From: Octopus sinensis
Taxonomy: Eukaryota
NCBI RefSeq assembly: GCF_006345805.1
Contig: NC_043023.1
Span: forward strand, 15,500,001-15,564,000
Length of the DNA: 64,000 bases
Reading direction: 5' to 3'
Shown: positions 52,724-64,000 of the stretch, piece after piece
Position numbering within the stretch: position 1 is the stretch's first letter
How the letters are laid out: each line of letters opens with the position of its first letter
Notes under the pieces: model-generated
The model's database searches: none
What the model was told of the DNA's origin: nothing
What the model saw: the letters and a program-made list of their open reading frames with translations, nothing else
Made by a program: the position numbers and the translations under genes

Positions 52724-53356
52724 CTATGATTTCTCTCCTGTATGAATGTATTTGTGTCTAGTAAGGTTACTTTTATGAGAGAATGATTTATCACAGATAT
52801 CACACTGATATGGCCTTTCATTAGTGTGAGTAAGTTCATGAGCAGTTAAATTACTTCTCACTACAAAGGATTTACCACAGATATTGCAGTGATATGGTTT
52901 CTCTCCTGTATGAATTGATTTGTGATAAGTAAGTCTATTCTTATGAGAGAATGATTTACCACAAATATTGCAGTGATATGGCTTCTCACCTGTATGTGTA
53001 AGTTTGTGAGTAATTAAATTACGTTTTAATGAAAAGGATTTATCACAGATATCACACTGATATGGTTTCTCTCCTGTATGAATGTATTTGTGACAAGTAA
53101 GGATACTCCTATTAGAGAATGATTTACCACAAATACCACATTGATATGGTTTCTCTCCTGTATGAATGTATTTGTGATGAGTAAGATTATCTTTCTTAGA
53201 GAATGATTTACCACAGATATCACAGTGAAATTGCTTTCCACTTGGATCGATACACTTGTGAACAGTGAGATTTGCTGTATTAGAAAAAGTCTTTTTACAG
53301 ATATCACATTGGTCTGATAATTTTTCTCTTTCTCTTGTCATCTCCGGTGGATTCAT
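52724..53356 (-). CDS. C2H2 zinc-finger protein H, 210 aa, 7 fingers
   Basis: ORF 52724..53488; start MNPPEMTREREK at 53356. The frame is intact, but its putative exon 1 is disrupted (see findings). Confidence 0.85.
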   Translation of the reverse strand: MNPPEMTREREKLSDQCDICKKTFSNTANLTVHKCIDPSGKQFHCDICGKSFSKKDNLTHHKYIHTGEKPYQCGICGKSFSNRSILTCHKYIHTGEKPYQCDICDKSFSLKRNLITHKLTHTGEKPYHCNICGKSFSHKNRLTYHKSIHTGEKPYHCNICGKSFVVRSNLTAHELTHTNERPYQCDICDKSFSHKSNLTRHKYIHTGEKS

Positions 53357-54780
53357 TATTCTTCTGCAGTATACGACCCCAAAATATATTTTTCTTTTCT
53401 TCTTTATAAATGTCTTTGTTGATTCAAATACTTCTACTGCTATATTTACAGCAAATCTGATCTTCTCGAATATCTGAAGATAATACAAAGACCTTCACAG
53501 ATTTTTCCAAATTCAAACAGAATGTAAAATACTGGCAATGAAGAAAACAAACGTTCGTATTAATTCCAAAGAAATATTTCACAGTTATTCACCATAGATT
53601 TGTAATAGAAACAGGGTTATATATATTATTTATAATATCTTCCATTAGTCTTCAAAGGATGATCAATATTCATGACGTATCTGATGTAAAAACTCCTTTA
53701 TACCACTAACATCTCATATTCTGAAATGACACAGAAACAGTAGAAGATATAGGAAAGACTTAAAAAGCAGAGATTCAACTACAAAAAATATTACTACATT
53801 TTCATAATAATAAACTGTTTATATAAACCTTAACCCGAATAATTAGTCTCTATACACAGACTCTTGTTCCTTTGCCTTCAGATATTATGTAAAATGTTAA
53901 ACTACAAAATATTGGACAATAACTTCCTACTATCTTCAGAAATGTGATAAGTTACTGTTGTTTAGCCCGGAATCATCCCTGGCTGATCAGGTCTATTAAT
54001 GAAATTAGGTTGTGTTCACGACTTTTAAAATAATAATAATGAAATTACTGTATACAGTGCTCAGGTGCACCAGAACTTGTCAAAAGTGCGTATAAATTAT
54101 ATACAGCAACGTACAAATGTATGGGAAGTGAACAGTGTATGAGTCAGATAGATGCTTGCGTGTGTATGGAGGGGCGAAAATCAGGTGTAGTGTTGGCGAA
54201 TCTCAGGAAGCATAGAAAGAAGCCCGTCGTATATATGTGTATATGTATGTGTTTATGTGTCTGTGTTTGTCACCCTAACATCGCTGGACAACCGATGCTG
54301 GTGTGTTTACGTCCCCGTAACTTAGCGGTTCGGCTAAAGAGACCGAAGAGAATAAATCCTAGGCTTACAAAGAATAAGTCCTGGGGTCGATTTGCTCGAC
54401 TGAAAGGTGGTGCTCCAGCATGGCCACAGTCAAATGACTGAAACAAGTAAAAGAGATAACTATTAAAGCCAATCATTTTGACAAAATAAACAGCAAATAG
54501 TGATACGTAGCAAGTTATACCTCTATAATAAAGTGATAGACAGCTTCGAATGGACACAAGTAACAAATGGAATGTCTACTGTAATAAAAGAAGGCGATCT
54601 TATGGTATAAGTACCGGTGTACTTCCGGAAGTACCAGATACATTTCAAAAAAGTGTTTTTTTTATATATGGAGGGTTAGGTTTTAAGTTAGGGTTTGTGT
54701 TAGGGTTAGGGTATGTGGCGATCCTTCGGTATATGTACACACGTGACTTTGTTTACATTTCTGAAGATATGAGTTCCAGC

Positions 54781-57040
54781 TCTTCTACTTCTTGTGGAAG
54801 GGCGGGAAACCACTTGTGAAACGCTCTACTTGCTGTCAACAACCGTTAAAGGGTGGCTAGGGATGCCTTGGCTGATGATGCGCAGACATGCGCTGAGGTT
54901 AAGACATCTGTGGCTCTACCTGGATGGTGAACGGGTGTGGTCTTCGCTAGCAAAACTGATATTTCCCAAGTTCACTAGTTTCGGTGGATGGGAAACCTGG
55001 CTGAATCGTAGATTGAAAGTTGGTACTTGGTACACGGAGTGTCGCAAGGCTCTCCTGCTATTCCGTCGCTCGGGCAACGCCTGCGGTGGGGGTTCCACCA
55101 CATTCTTCTATAGAGGGTTGGTAGAGGCGGAATGTGAAGATACCTTGGGGGAAACCCTAGGTCTCGACGATAATCAGCTGGCCAGTCTGTTCCGACGTAC
55201 GTTCGAGCCGAGGACACTGGACAACTTCCAGAAGTCTCTGGCATGGCAATGCTACAGAGGAGCTCTACCTGTTCGGGATAAACTCGCAAGGCACGGTGGC
55301 CAAGACAGTCCGATATGTCCAAGATGCGGGCGGGATAGGGAAACCGTCCCGCACGCTATTGTTCATTGTCCGGACGTGTCTGAGGTGTGGGTTTATGCCG
55401 AACACCTGTTGTCAGGTACACAAAGAGTACAGCTGTCGACTGAGTCGATTACAAAAATTGACCCACCGGATTTCCTCGTGAATGAAGGTAAGTTTCGTTT
55501 TCTCGTTGTAGTAGCAATTGCGAAAGAGGTGATATGGAAGACGAGAATGAAAGGTGTACAGTCAGGCAAGTTCATCTCCGGCCCTGGTTTGATGAAGTAT
55601 TTCATCTTTCACCTGAAAAGGAAGATAGGGCTGGAGAGAATATGCCTGACTAGGAGAGTGTATGAAGAACGATGGAAGGATGTAGCACGAAAGTTGCGAG
55701 TGAAAGATACAACATAAATGTAATACCAAGCGCAACCAAAAGTATCAGTGGGGAGGCGGGGCTCGTGGGGTCCGAGCTAAACCCGCACCCACTCCACCCG
55801 TAATGTCTTCCGGTCTGTCCCATCATTCGATTTCTGTCCATTTATTGTAATTCATGAAAATTTTAAAATTCGATTTATTGTAAAAACCCATTCGTGTGTC
55901 TGACCCCATCATCAGATTGTATTGTCCCGTCTATGTTCGCCCCTTGTGGGTAATAATAAAACAACATGCGCTGAGGTTAAGACATCTGTGGCTCTACCTG
56001 GATGGTGAACGGGTGTGGTCTTCGCTAGCAAAACTGATGTTTCCCAAGTTCACTAGTTTCGGTGGATGGGAAACCTGGCTGAATCGTAGATCGAAAGTTG
56101 GTACTTGGTACACGGAGTGTCGCAAGGCTCTCCTGCTATTCCGTCGCTCGGGCAACGCCTGCGGTGGGGGTTCCACCACATTCTTCTATAGAGGGTTGGT
56201 AGAGGCGGAATGTGAAGATACCTTGGGGGAAACCCTAGGTCTCGACGATAATCAGCTGGCCAGTCTGTTCCGACGTACGTTCGAGCCGAGGACACTGGAC
56301 AACTTCCAGAAGTCTCTGGCATGGCAATGCTACAGAGGAGCTCTACCTGTTCGGGATAAACTCGCAAGGCACGGTGGCCAAGACAGTCCGATATGTCCAA
56401 GATGCGGGCGGGATAGGGAAACCGTCCCGCACGCTATTGTTCATTGTCTGGACGTGTCTGAGGTGTGGGTTTATGCCGAACAGCTGTTGTCAGGTACACG
56501 AAGAGTACAGCTGTCGACTGAGTCGATTACAAAAATTGACCCACCGGATTTCCTCGTGAATGAAGGTAAGTTTCGTTTTCTCGTTGTAGTAGCGATTGCG
56601 AAAGAGGTGATATGGAAGACGAGAATGAAAGGTGTACAGTCAGGCAAGTTCATCTCCGGCCCTGTTTTGATGAAGTATTTCATCTTTCACCTGAAAAGGA
56701 AGATAGGGCTGGAGAGAATATGCCTGACTAGGAGAGTGTATGAAGAACGATGGAAGGATGTAGCACGAAAGTTGCGAGTGAAAGATACAACATAAATGTA
56801 ATACCAAGCGCAACCAAAAGTATCAGTGGGGAGACGGGGCTCGTGGGGTCCAAGCTAAACCCGCACCCACTCCACCCGTAATGTCTTCCGGTCTGTCCCA
56901 TCATTCGATTTCTGCCCATTTATTGTAATTCATGAAAATTTTTAAATTCGATTTATTGTAAAAACCCATTCGTGTGTCTGACCCCATCATCAGATTGTAT
57001 TGTCCCATCTATGTTCGCCCCTTGTGGGTAATAATAAAAC
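54781..57040 (+). mobile_element. L1/Tx1-clade LINE 3' fragment, tandemly duplicated (period 1078 bp)
   Basis: F.FLWKG...GGLGMP motif and zf-RVT-like CPRCGRDRETVPHAIVHC..VW. The units ~54885-55962 and ~55963-57040 differ at about a dozen positions by eye. Confidence 0.85.
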
Positions 57041-57120
57041 AAAACGAACTAATCTCTAAATATTGTATCCATCCTATAACTACGCATTTGTCGGATGCTA
57101 AAACTGAAGTGGTAAATTTT
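57041..57120 (-). promoter_or_regulatory. Truncated exon-1 module of gene H
   Basis: Inverted copy of the E module, cut just after TTAGTTCGTTT by the LINE 3' end at 57040. Confidence 0.5.
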
Positions 57121-57859
57121 TAATGGTTTTTATTGCTATAATTACGTTTTCGAAATGTGAATTATAATGAAAAAACCCCGAATAATGGCAAAAAATACAA
57201 AAGTATATGCTGATTACTTATTTTCAGGTTTTTTGCTACTCTTACGATCTCCTCTTTAAACCTGTAGTGTCGTTCTTCGTTTATTTCTTTTTAAGGTTAA
57301 GGTGAGAAACCCGTGGGTTGTTTTCTAACCAATACCCAAGAAATTATTTTTCTCTTAGCTTTATTGAGAAAATCCTACATTTTGTAAGATATTTGTTGTT
57401 TTTTATTTCTTCAATTTCTGCAATTTCAACTAATAAATGACGTCTATTGAGGTGAAAACATTCTGTGCCGTATGAATATGTCCCTCGTTTAAGAAACAGA
57501 TTGGGTTTATTTACATTTCTGAAGAAAAAAAAGATAACCTTTCCTCAACTCCTAACCCTAAAACAGATTGAAATGCAATAGATCGATACTAGGGTTATAA
57601 TTATGGGTGACAATTTCATATGATACCGCTAGAAAAAACTGCCGTTCAAACGGAAAACATTCGATGGGAGTAAGACACGCGTGTCTGTTCCCCACACCCA
57701 CCACTATCTGACAAGTCGTGTTGCTTTCTTTGACATTGTGGTTCGGTACGCGGAGGATGTAAAAGTAGCAATAAAAATGTCAGCTTCTAGCTTTGTATCA
57801 TTTGTTATTATTTGCATTTTTTCTTACAATTCACATTTTCAAAAATTTACCACTTTACT

Positions 57860-58030
57860 TTTAGCATCAGACAAAAGTGTTATTAATACGGGAAGCACAA
57901 CAACCGGATTCTTAATTCGTTTCGTTGACGTTCCGTGTCGGCTTTTCGATGTGTCTTTTTCGCTAGATCGCTTATTTGTGTAATTAAAAATATTATAAAA
58001 CACCGACTAATATATTATAAGAGGTAAGAT
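57860..58030 (+). promoter_or_regulatory. Putative exon-1 module of gene I
   Basis: TAGCATCAGACAAA, TTAATTCGTTTCG (~57912), AG|GTAAGA at 58024. Confidence 0.55.
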
Positions 58031-59036
58031 GTAACACATATTTTCTTTTTAGTAAAAGCCTATGTATCTGGCTAATTGGAAACACCAGGCAGTTTTGAAA
58101 GTTTTAAATACTGCTTGTCTGAAATCGATATTAATTCTATTGTCCAGTAAACTTCGTAAATTATGCCTAGAAAATCTGGATTTTACTTGTGGCCATGAAA
58201 AAGCACCAGATTTTTAATTACAATTATTTTAATAAATACTTCATTATTTTAGTAGATATTTCAGTGTTTTCATTTCAAGTTTTAACTTGGAAAACTGACA
58301 GTTCATTCTATTAATAAACTGGTATAATTTTTGTAAAAAATAAAATTAAGAAGTGATTTCGTTATGGTTATCTGGATTGCTATAACCTTTAGAATAATAC
58401 CTATCCAAACCGATTTTGGCCGTTTTCTTTTTTAACTTAAAAACCACAGGAGGGGCCTTTTTGGTTAAAATAAAACAAGTAAATATTTTCAGAGGAAAAG
58501 GTGAACAATTCAAGGGATGTTTTGCTGGTGTTTCTAGCACAACCGAAACCACCCTCCCTTTTCACTCTCACACGTATTATCTTTTTCTTAATTGTTTCAG
58601 TCATTTTGACTGCGGCCATGCTGGAGCACCGCCTTTAATCGAGCAACTCTATCCCAGGACTTACTCTTTGTAAGCCCAGTTCCTATTGTATCGGTGTCTT
58701 TTGCCGAACTGCTAAGTGACGGGAAGATAAACACACCAGCTTCGGTTGTCAAGCAATGCTAGGGGGACAAACACAGACACACAAACATATACACACACAT
58801 ACATATATATATATACATATATAGGACAGGCTTCTTTCAGTTTCCGTCTACCAAATTCACTCACAAGGCATTGGTCGGCCCGAGGATATAGCAGAAGACA
58901 CTTGCCCAAGGTGCCACGCAATGGGACTGAACCCGGAACCATGTGGTTGGTAAACAAGCTACTTACCACACAGCCACTCCTGTGTGTTGATGTTTTTTTT
59001 TTAAATATTTTTCTCCTATTATATTTTATGGAATGA

Positions 59037-60230
59037 CTAGCAGAGATACCCGGCATTGCTCAGTATTAAAAGGTCATAATTTGTGTTTATATATATTACA
59101 GTTATGTTGAAACAGGTGATATAGGAAAGTGCAGCATTGATGACAAATCATTTGTGGAGTAAATGATGGGCTAATTGGACTAAGCGACTTGTCATTTGCC
59201 CGAGTATTCCTTGCCCTAACCAGTCATGGAAAATTGGGGGTGGAGGGTACGTGGTTTTTGAATGCACCGAAAAGCTGTCAGTGGATATGTTTTCCTTTCT
59301 GGCATCTAACATGACCCATCGTCTGAAGTTTTGACACCTCCTTTGGGTTTATTGTCCTACATCACTCATGAAGTAAATTTTGAGGACCTGTGACACATAA
59401 AAGCACCAACCGACCGTGGCCATTTGCCAGCTTCCTCTGGCCGGTGGCACGAAAAAAGCACCCACTATACTCACGGAGTGGTTGGCGTTAGGAAGTGCAT
59501 CCACCTGTAGAAACACTGCCAGATCAGAATGGGGCCTGGTGCAGCCTCGTGGTTTCCCAGATCCTGGTTGAACCATTCAACCCATGCTAGCATGGAAAGC
59601 AGACATTAAACGATGATGATGAAGATGTGGTTGGTTGTTCATTTGTGGGTAACAGGGAACCATTGAGGTGACAGACTTGCCCTTCGACTGTGAATGTCAG
59701 TGTAAATCCATGTTCAACTATCTCCTTAGATGCACCAAACAATGTCATTTGTGATGCAGGATTGTCTGATATTGTTCAGGAAATCCTTTGACTGGATGGA
59801 AGTACCTTCCAGAAGAGGTTGAGAAGGAGCTGGTAGTGCTGGCAATATTACCTTACTGCCTGGGCATTGCATGCCATTAGTTTCATTTGGAAATTTTAAA
59901 GCTTTACAGAAACAACGATTTGAGTTTAGCACACTAATTTGGACAAAATTATCATTTTCATAAAAATGGGATGGATTATATCTGAAAGCAGCTCCAGGAT
60001 TTGTGAAGAACGCATTTATACATAGTCTGTTTGTGAGAGCTATTCTATTGGACCACTGTCTAATCATTAAAATGTTTTAATGGCTAAGCATTAAATGCTG
60101 CAGGATGTGTTTGCTGATCTTGCAAAAGTCTCATCTCCCTTCTGTATTGAGACTCCATCTGACGTGCTGCGGCTTGCCTTTGCTCATCTTGAGAAAGTCC
60201 CATCTTGCTTCTGTCTTAAGAAGCAAGATG
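59037..60230 (-). mobile_element. Internally deleted Helitron (N-terminal RepHel region)
   Basis: Reverse strand CKALKFPNETNGMQC...KVILPALP...SKDFLNNIRQ...QMTLFGA...FTVEGQVCHLNGSLLP. Same 3' terminus CCGGGTATCTCTGCTAG|T as at 18509. Confidence 0.8.
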
Positions 60231-60454
60231 GAAATATTGTCCAATAATATGTAATTTAATGTTTTACATAATATCCGAAGGAAGAGGAGCTGAAGTCTGT
60301 GTATATGTAGACATTACACAAGGTTGTATCATATAATTTCAATAACAGAATATATTTCAAAGACAACTTAAAGGATTATATCCACAGTTTATGATTATGA
60401 AAATGAAATTATATTTTCTATTGTTGAATCTCTGCTTTTTAAGTCTTTCCTATA

Positions 60455-60481
60455 TCTTCTTCTGTTTCTGTGTCATTTCAG
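60455..60481 (+). promoter_or_regulatory. Conserved 3' splice acceptor in the 5' UTR (paralog copies end at 13741, 31103, 43896 on +; 2631, 8500, 25874, 41115, 53721 on -)
   Basis: Pyrimidine tract ending TTTCTGTGTCATTTCAG about 330-365 nt upstream of the ATG in all nine genes. Confidence 0.6.
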
Positions 60482-60845
60482 AATATGAGATGTTAGTGGT
60501 ATAAAGGAGTTTTTACATCAGATACATCATGAATATTGATCATCACTTGAAGACTAATGGAAGATATCATAAATAATACATATAACCACGTTTATATAAT
60601 TTATCTATGGTGAAGAACTGTGAAAAATTCCATCTGAATTAATAGCAACATTTGTTTCCATCATTGCCTGGAATTTCCCATTCAGTCTGAACTTGGAAAA
60701 ATCTGCAAAGGTGTTTCTATTACCTTTAGCTATTGACAAAGACCAGACTTGTGGAAAATATAACTAGAGAAGTATTTGAATTAACAAAGGAATATATAAG
60801 AAGAACAGGAAAATATATTTTGTGCTTGTATACTATAGAACAATA

Positions 60846-62485
<1,640 letters not shown>

Positions 62486-62889
62486 CACTGTGATATCTGC
62501 AGTAAATAATTGTGTGTTCAGTATTATTTAACAGATCACAATTCCACTCATGCTAGATATGTCATTGTGATATCTGTGTTAAATCTTTCACTCAGGAATG
62601 TGCTAGGGGTCCAAACATGTCACTTGTCTAACTCATGAAACGGATGATACAGCATTCTTCTTTTATTCTAAATTCCTAAAATCTCATCAGATTTTGTGAA
62701 TTAATTTAATAAACAGAAAGAAAATTAAAGTTGTCTTACTCTTTTTTCTCCTCTCATTTTATACGCAGAACATTCTTCCAAATGTTGTAATGGTGAGACA
62801 CACGTAAATTATAGAATTCACAGTGGATCAGTGTATGATAAAAGTCACACACGTCTCCAAACTAACCTACTATCAGCGTTTATTTTCTC

Positions 62890-63215
62890 TCTATCCGCTC
62901 AGTCGAAGTCGACTCTTGGTCACTCGTTGGATCAGTGTCCTCCAGTCAGTTCTATCCTGGGCCGCTTCTTTCAGATTGGCCATGTCCATTCCGGTATCAC
63001 TCTTGATGGTGTCAACCTAGCGGGTTCTTGGTCGGCCTCTTCCTCTTTTGCCACTGACCATTCCGAGCATGATGTCCTTCTCCAGGAATTTTCTCCGCAT
63101 AATATGACCGAAATATGCCAATCTATCCTTGGTGATCCCATCTTCTAGCGACATTTTCGGCCTTTTCTGCTTAAGAACTTCTCTATTGGTGAGCCTCGCT
63201 GTTCATGGAATCTGT
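62890..63215 (-). mobile_element. RTE/BovB-like LINE 3' fragment
   Basis: IP*TARLTNREVL...LAYFGHIMRR..LEKDIMLG..SGKRGRGRPR...AAQDRTDW. Confidence 0.8.
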
Positions 63216-63439
63216 TGATATTATTTAATTAAATATCAAGATACAGTGAATGGGAGACTTTTACATTTAAACCGCCCGAAATTTCATCTAGTTGTAACTT
63301 CTCCCCGTTAATTAAGCCTTCAAATTAGTGCTGAAAGAAGAAATAACGTTTGATTTCATGGTAGGGGTGAAACATCAGTGATATTAAAATGGCTCAGAGT
63401 TACTTCCCTTAGCATTAAACAGAAAGAAATGCCTTCAAA

Positions 63440-64000
63440 CTTTATATTTCGTCTTTATTCCTCTTCGACCAGATCCAGCTGGAATAGCTCTCTGCTGTCT
63501 CTGATATTGCCTCTAGAGCATTGCTCATGTTCTTCCCAGAGACTGAGGGTTGTTGGATCTTTTCCTTCTGAACGGCAGTTTTCTACACAATTTCTAGTAA
63601 CTAAACACTTTTAAACTTTGTATACTGGTAGAATGTGTTTATAAAACATTATTTTCTCTTGGCTTTATTGAGAAAATTTTATAGTTTGTAACATATTTCG
63701 TCTTTAATTTCGAGCATTTCGGCAATTTTAACCAATCGCTGACCTCCATTGACGTAAACAACATTCCGTGCTGTATGAATATGTCCCTCGTTTAAGAAAC
63801 AGATTGGATGTTTTATAAACACATTCTACCAGTATACGAAGTTTAAAAGTGTTTAGTTAACCAGAAATTGTCTGCCGTTCAAAAGGAAAAGATCCGGGTT
63901 GTTTCTTTAAATCGTAAGGTGATTTGCCCACAAGATCTCTCGATCGAACCTCCATGGCTAGAAACTTCACTCGGAAATTCTGTTCCTCCAACATGGCGTA
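63440..64000 (-). mobile_element. Possible restriction-like-endonuclease (Hero/R4-type) LINE C-terminal fragment interrupted by the MITE
   Basis: Removing the MITE gives MEVRSRDLVGKS...ALEAISETAESYSSWIWSKR, similar to the EVG.RG...AE..S.WIW.KR motif. Judged by eye only. Confidence 0.45.
63555..63895. mobile_element. MITE of the same family, 8-bp TSD GGGTTGTT
   Basis: TIRs GGATCTTTT...AAAAGATCC; TSD at 63547-63554 and 63896-63903. Confidence 0.9.

Noticed and set aside
62890-63215. Horizontal transfer claim for the BovB-like fragment
   Set aside because: It cannot be assessed without database comparison; the fragment is short and degenerate.

Overview
AT-rich eukaryotic (animal) DNA containing a tandem cluster of nine single-coding-exon C2H2 zinc-finger genes, labelled A-I here, plus one relic. 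They are embedded in dense LINE, SINE, MITE, Helitron and Gypsy debris. The repeat families and the KRAB-less tandem-finger expansion point to a coleoid cephalopod, most likely Octopus; this is inference, not proven. Orientation is A(-) B(-) C(+) D(-) E(+) F(-) G(+) H(-) I(+), i.e. four head-to-head pairs plus orphan A. D, E, F and H have open frames. B, C and G carry in-frame nonsense codons (G also has frameshifts), and A and I carry frameshifts. Main structures seen: (1) a conserved putative non-coding exon-1/intron/poly(A) gene unit; (2) an imperfect palindrome with ~14-kb arms centred near 42.9 kb; (3) a chimeric gene F with a microhomology junction; (4) a TAG stop at the same linker Tyr codon in all nine genes, followed by decayed fingers; (5) Merlin-type MITEs with 8-bp TSDs plus a Merlin transposase fragment; (6) Helitron remnants; (7) a SINE sharing its 3' tail with an L1/Tx1-type LINE. 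All alignments were made by eye, and coordinates marked ~ are approximate.
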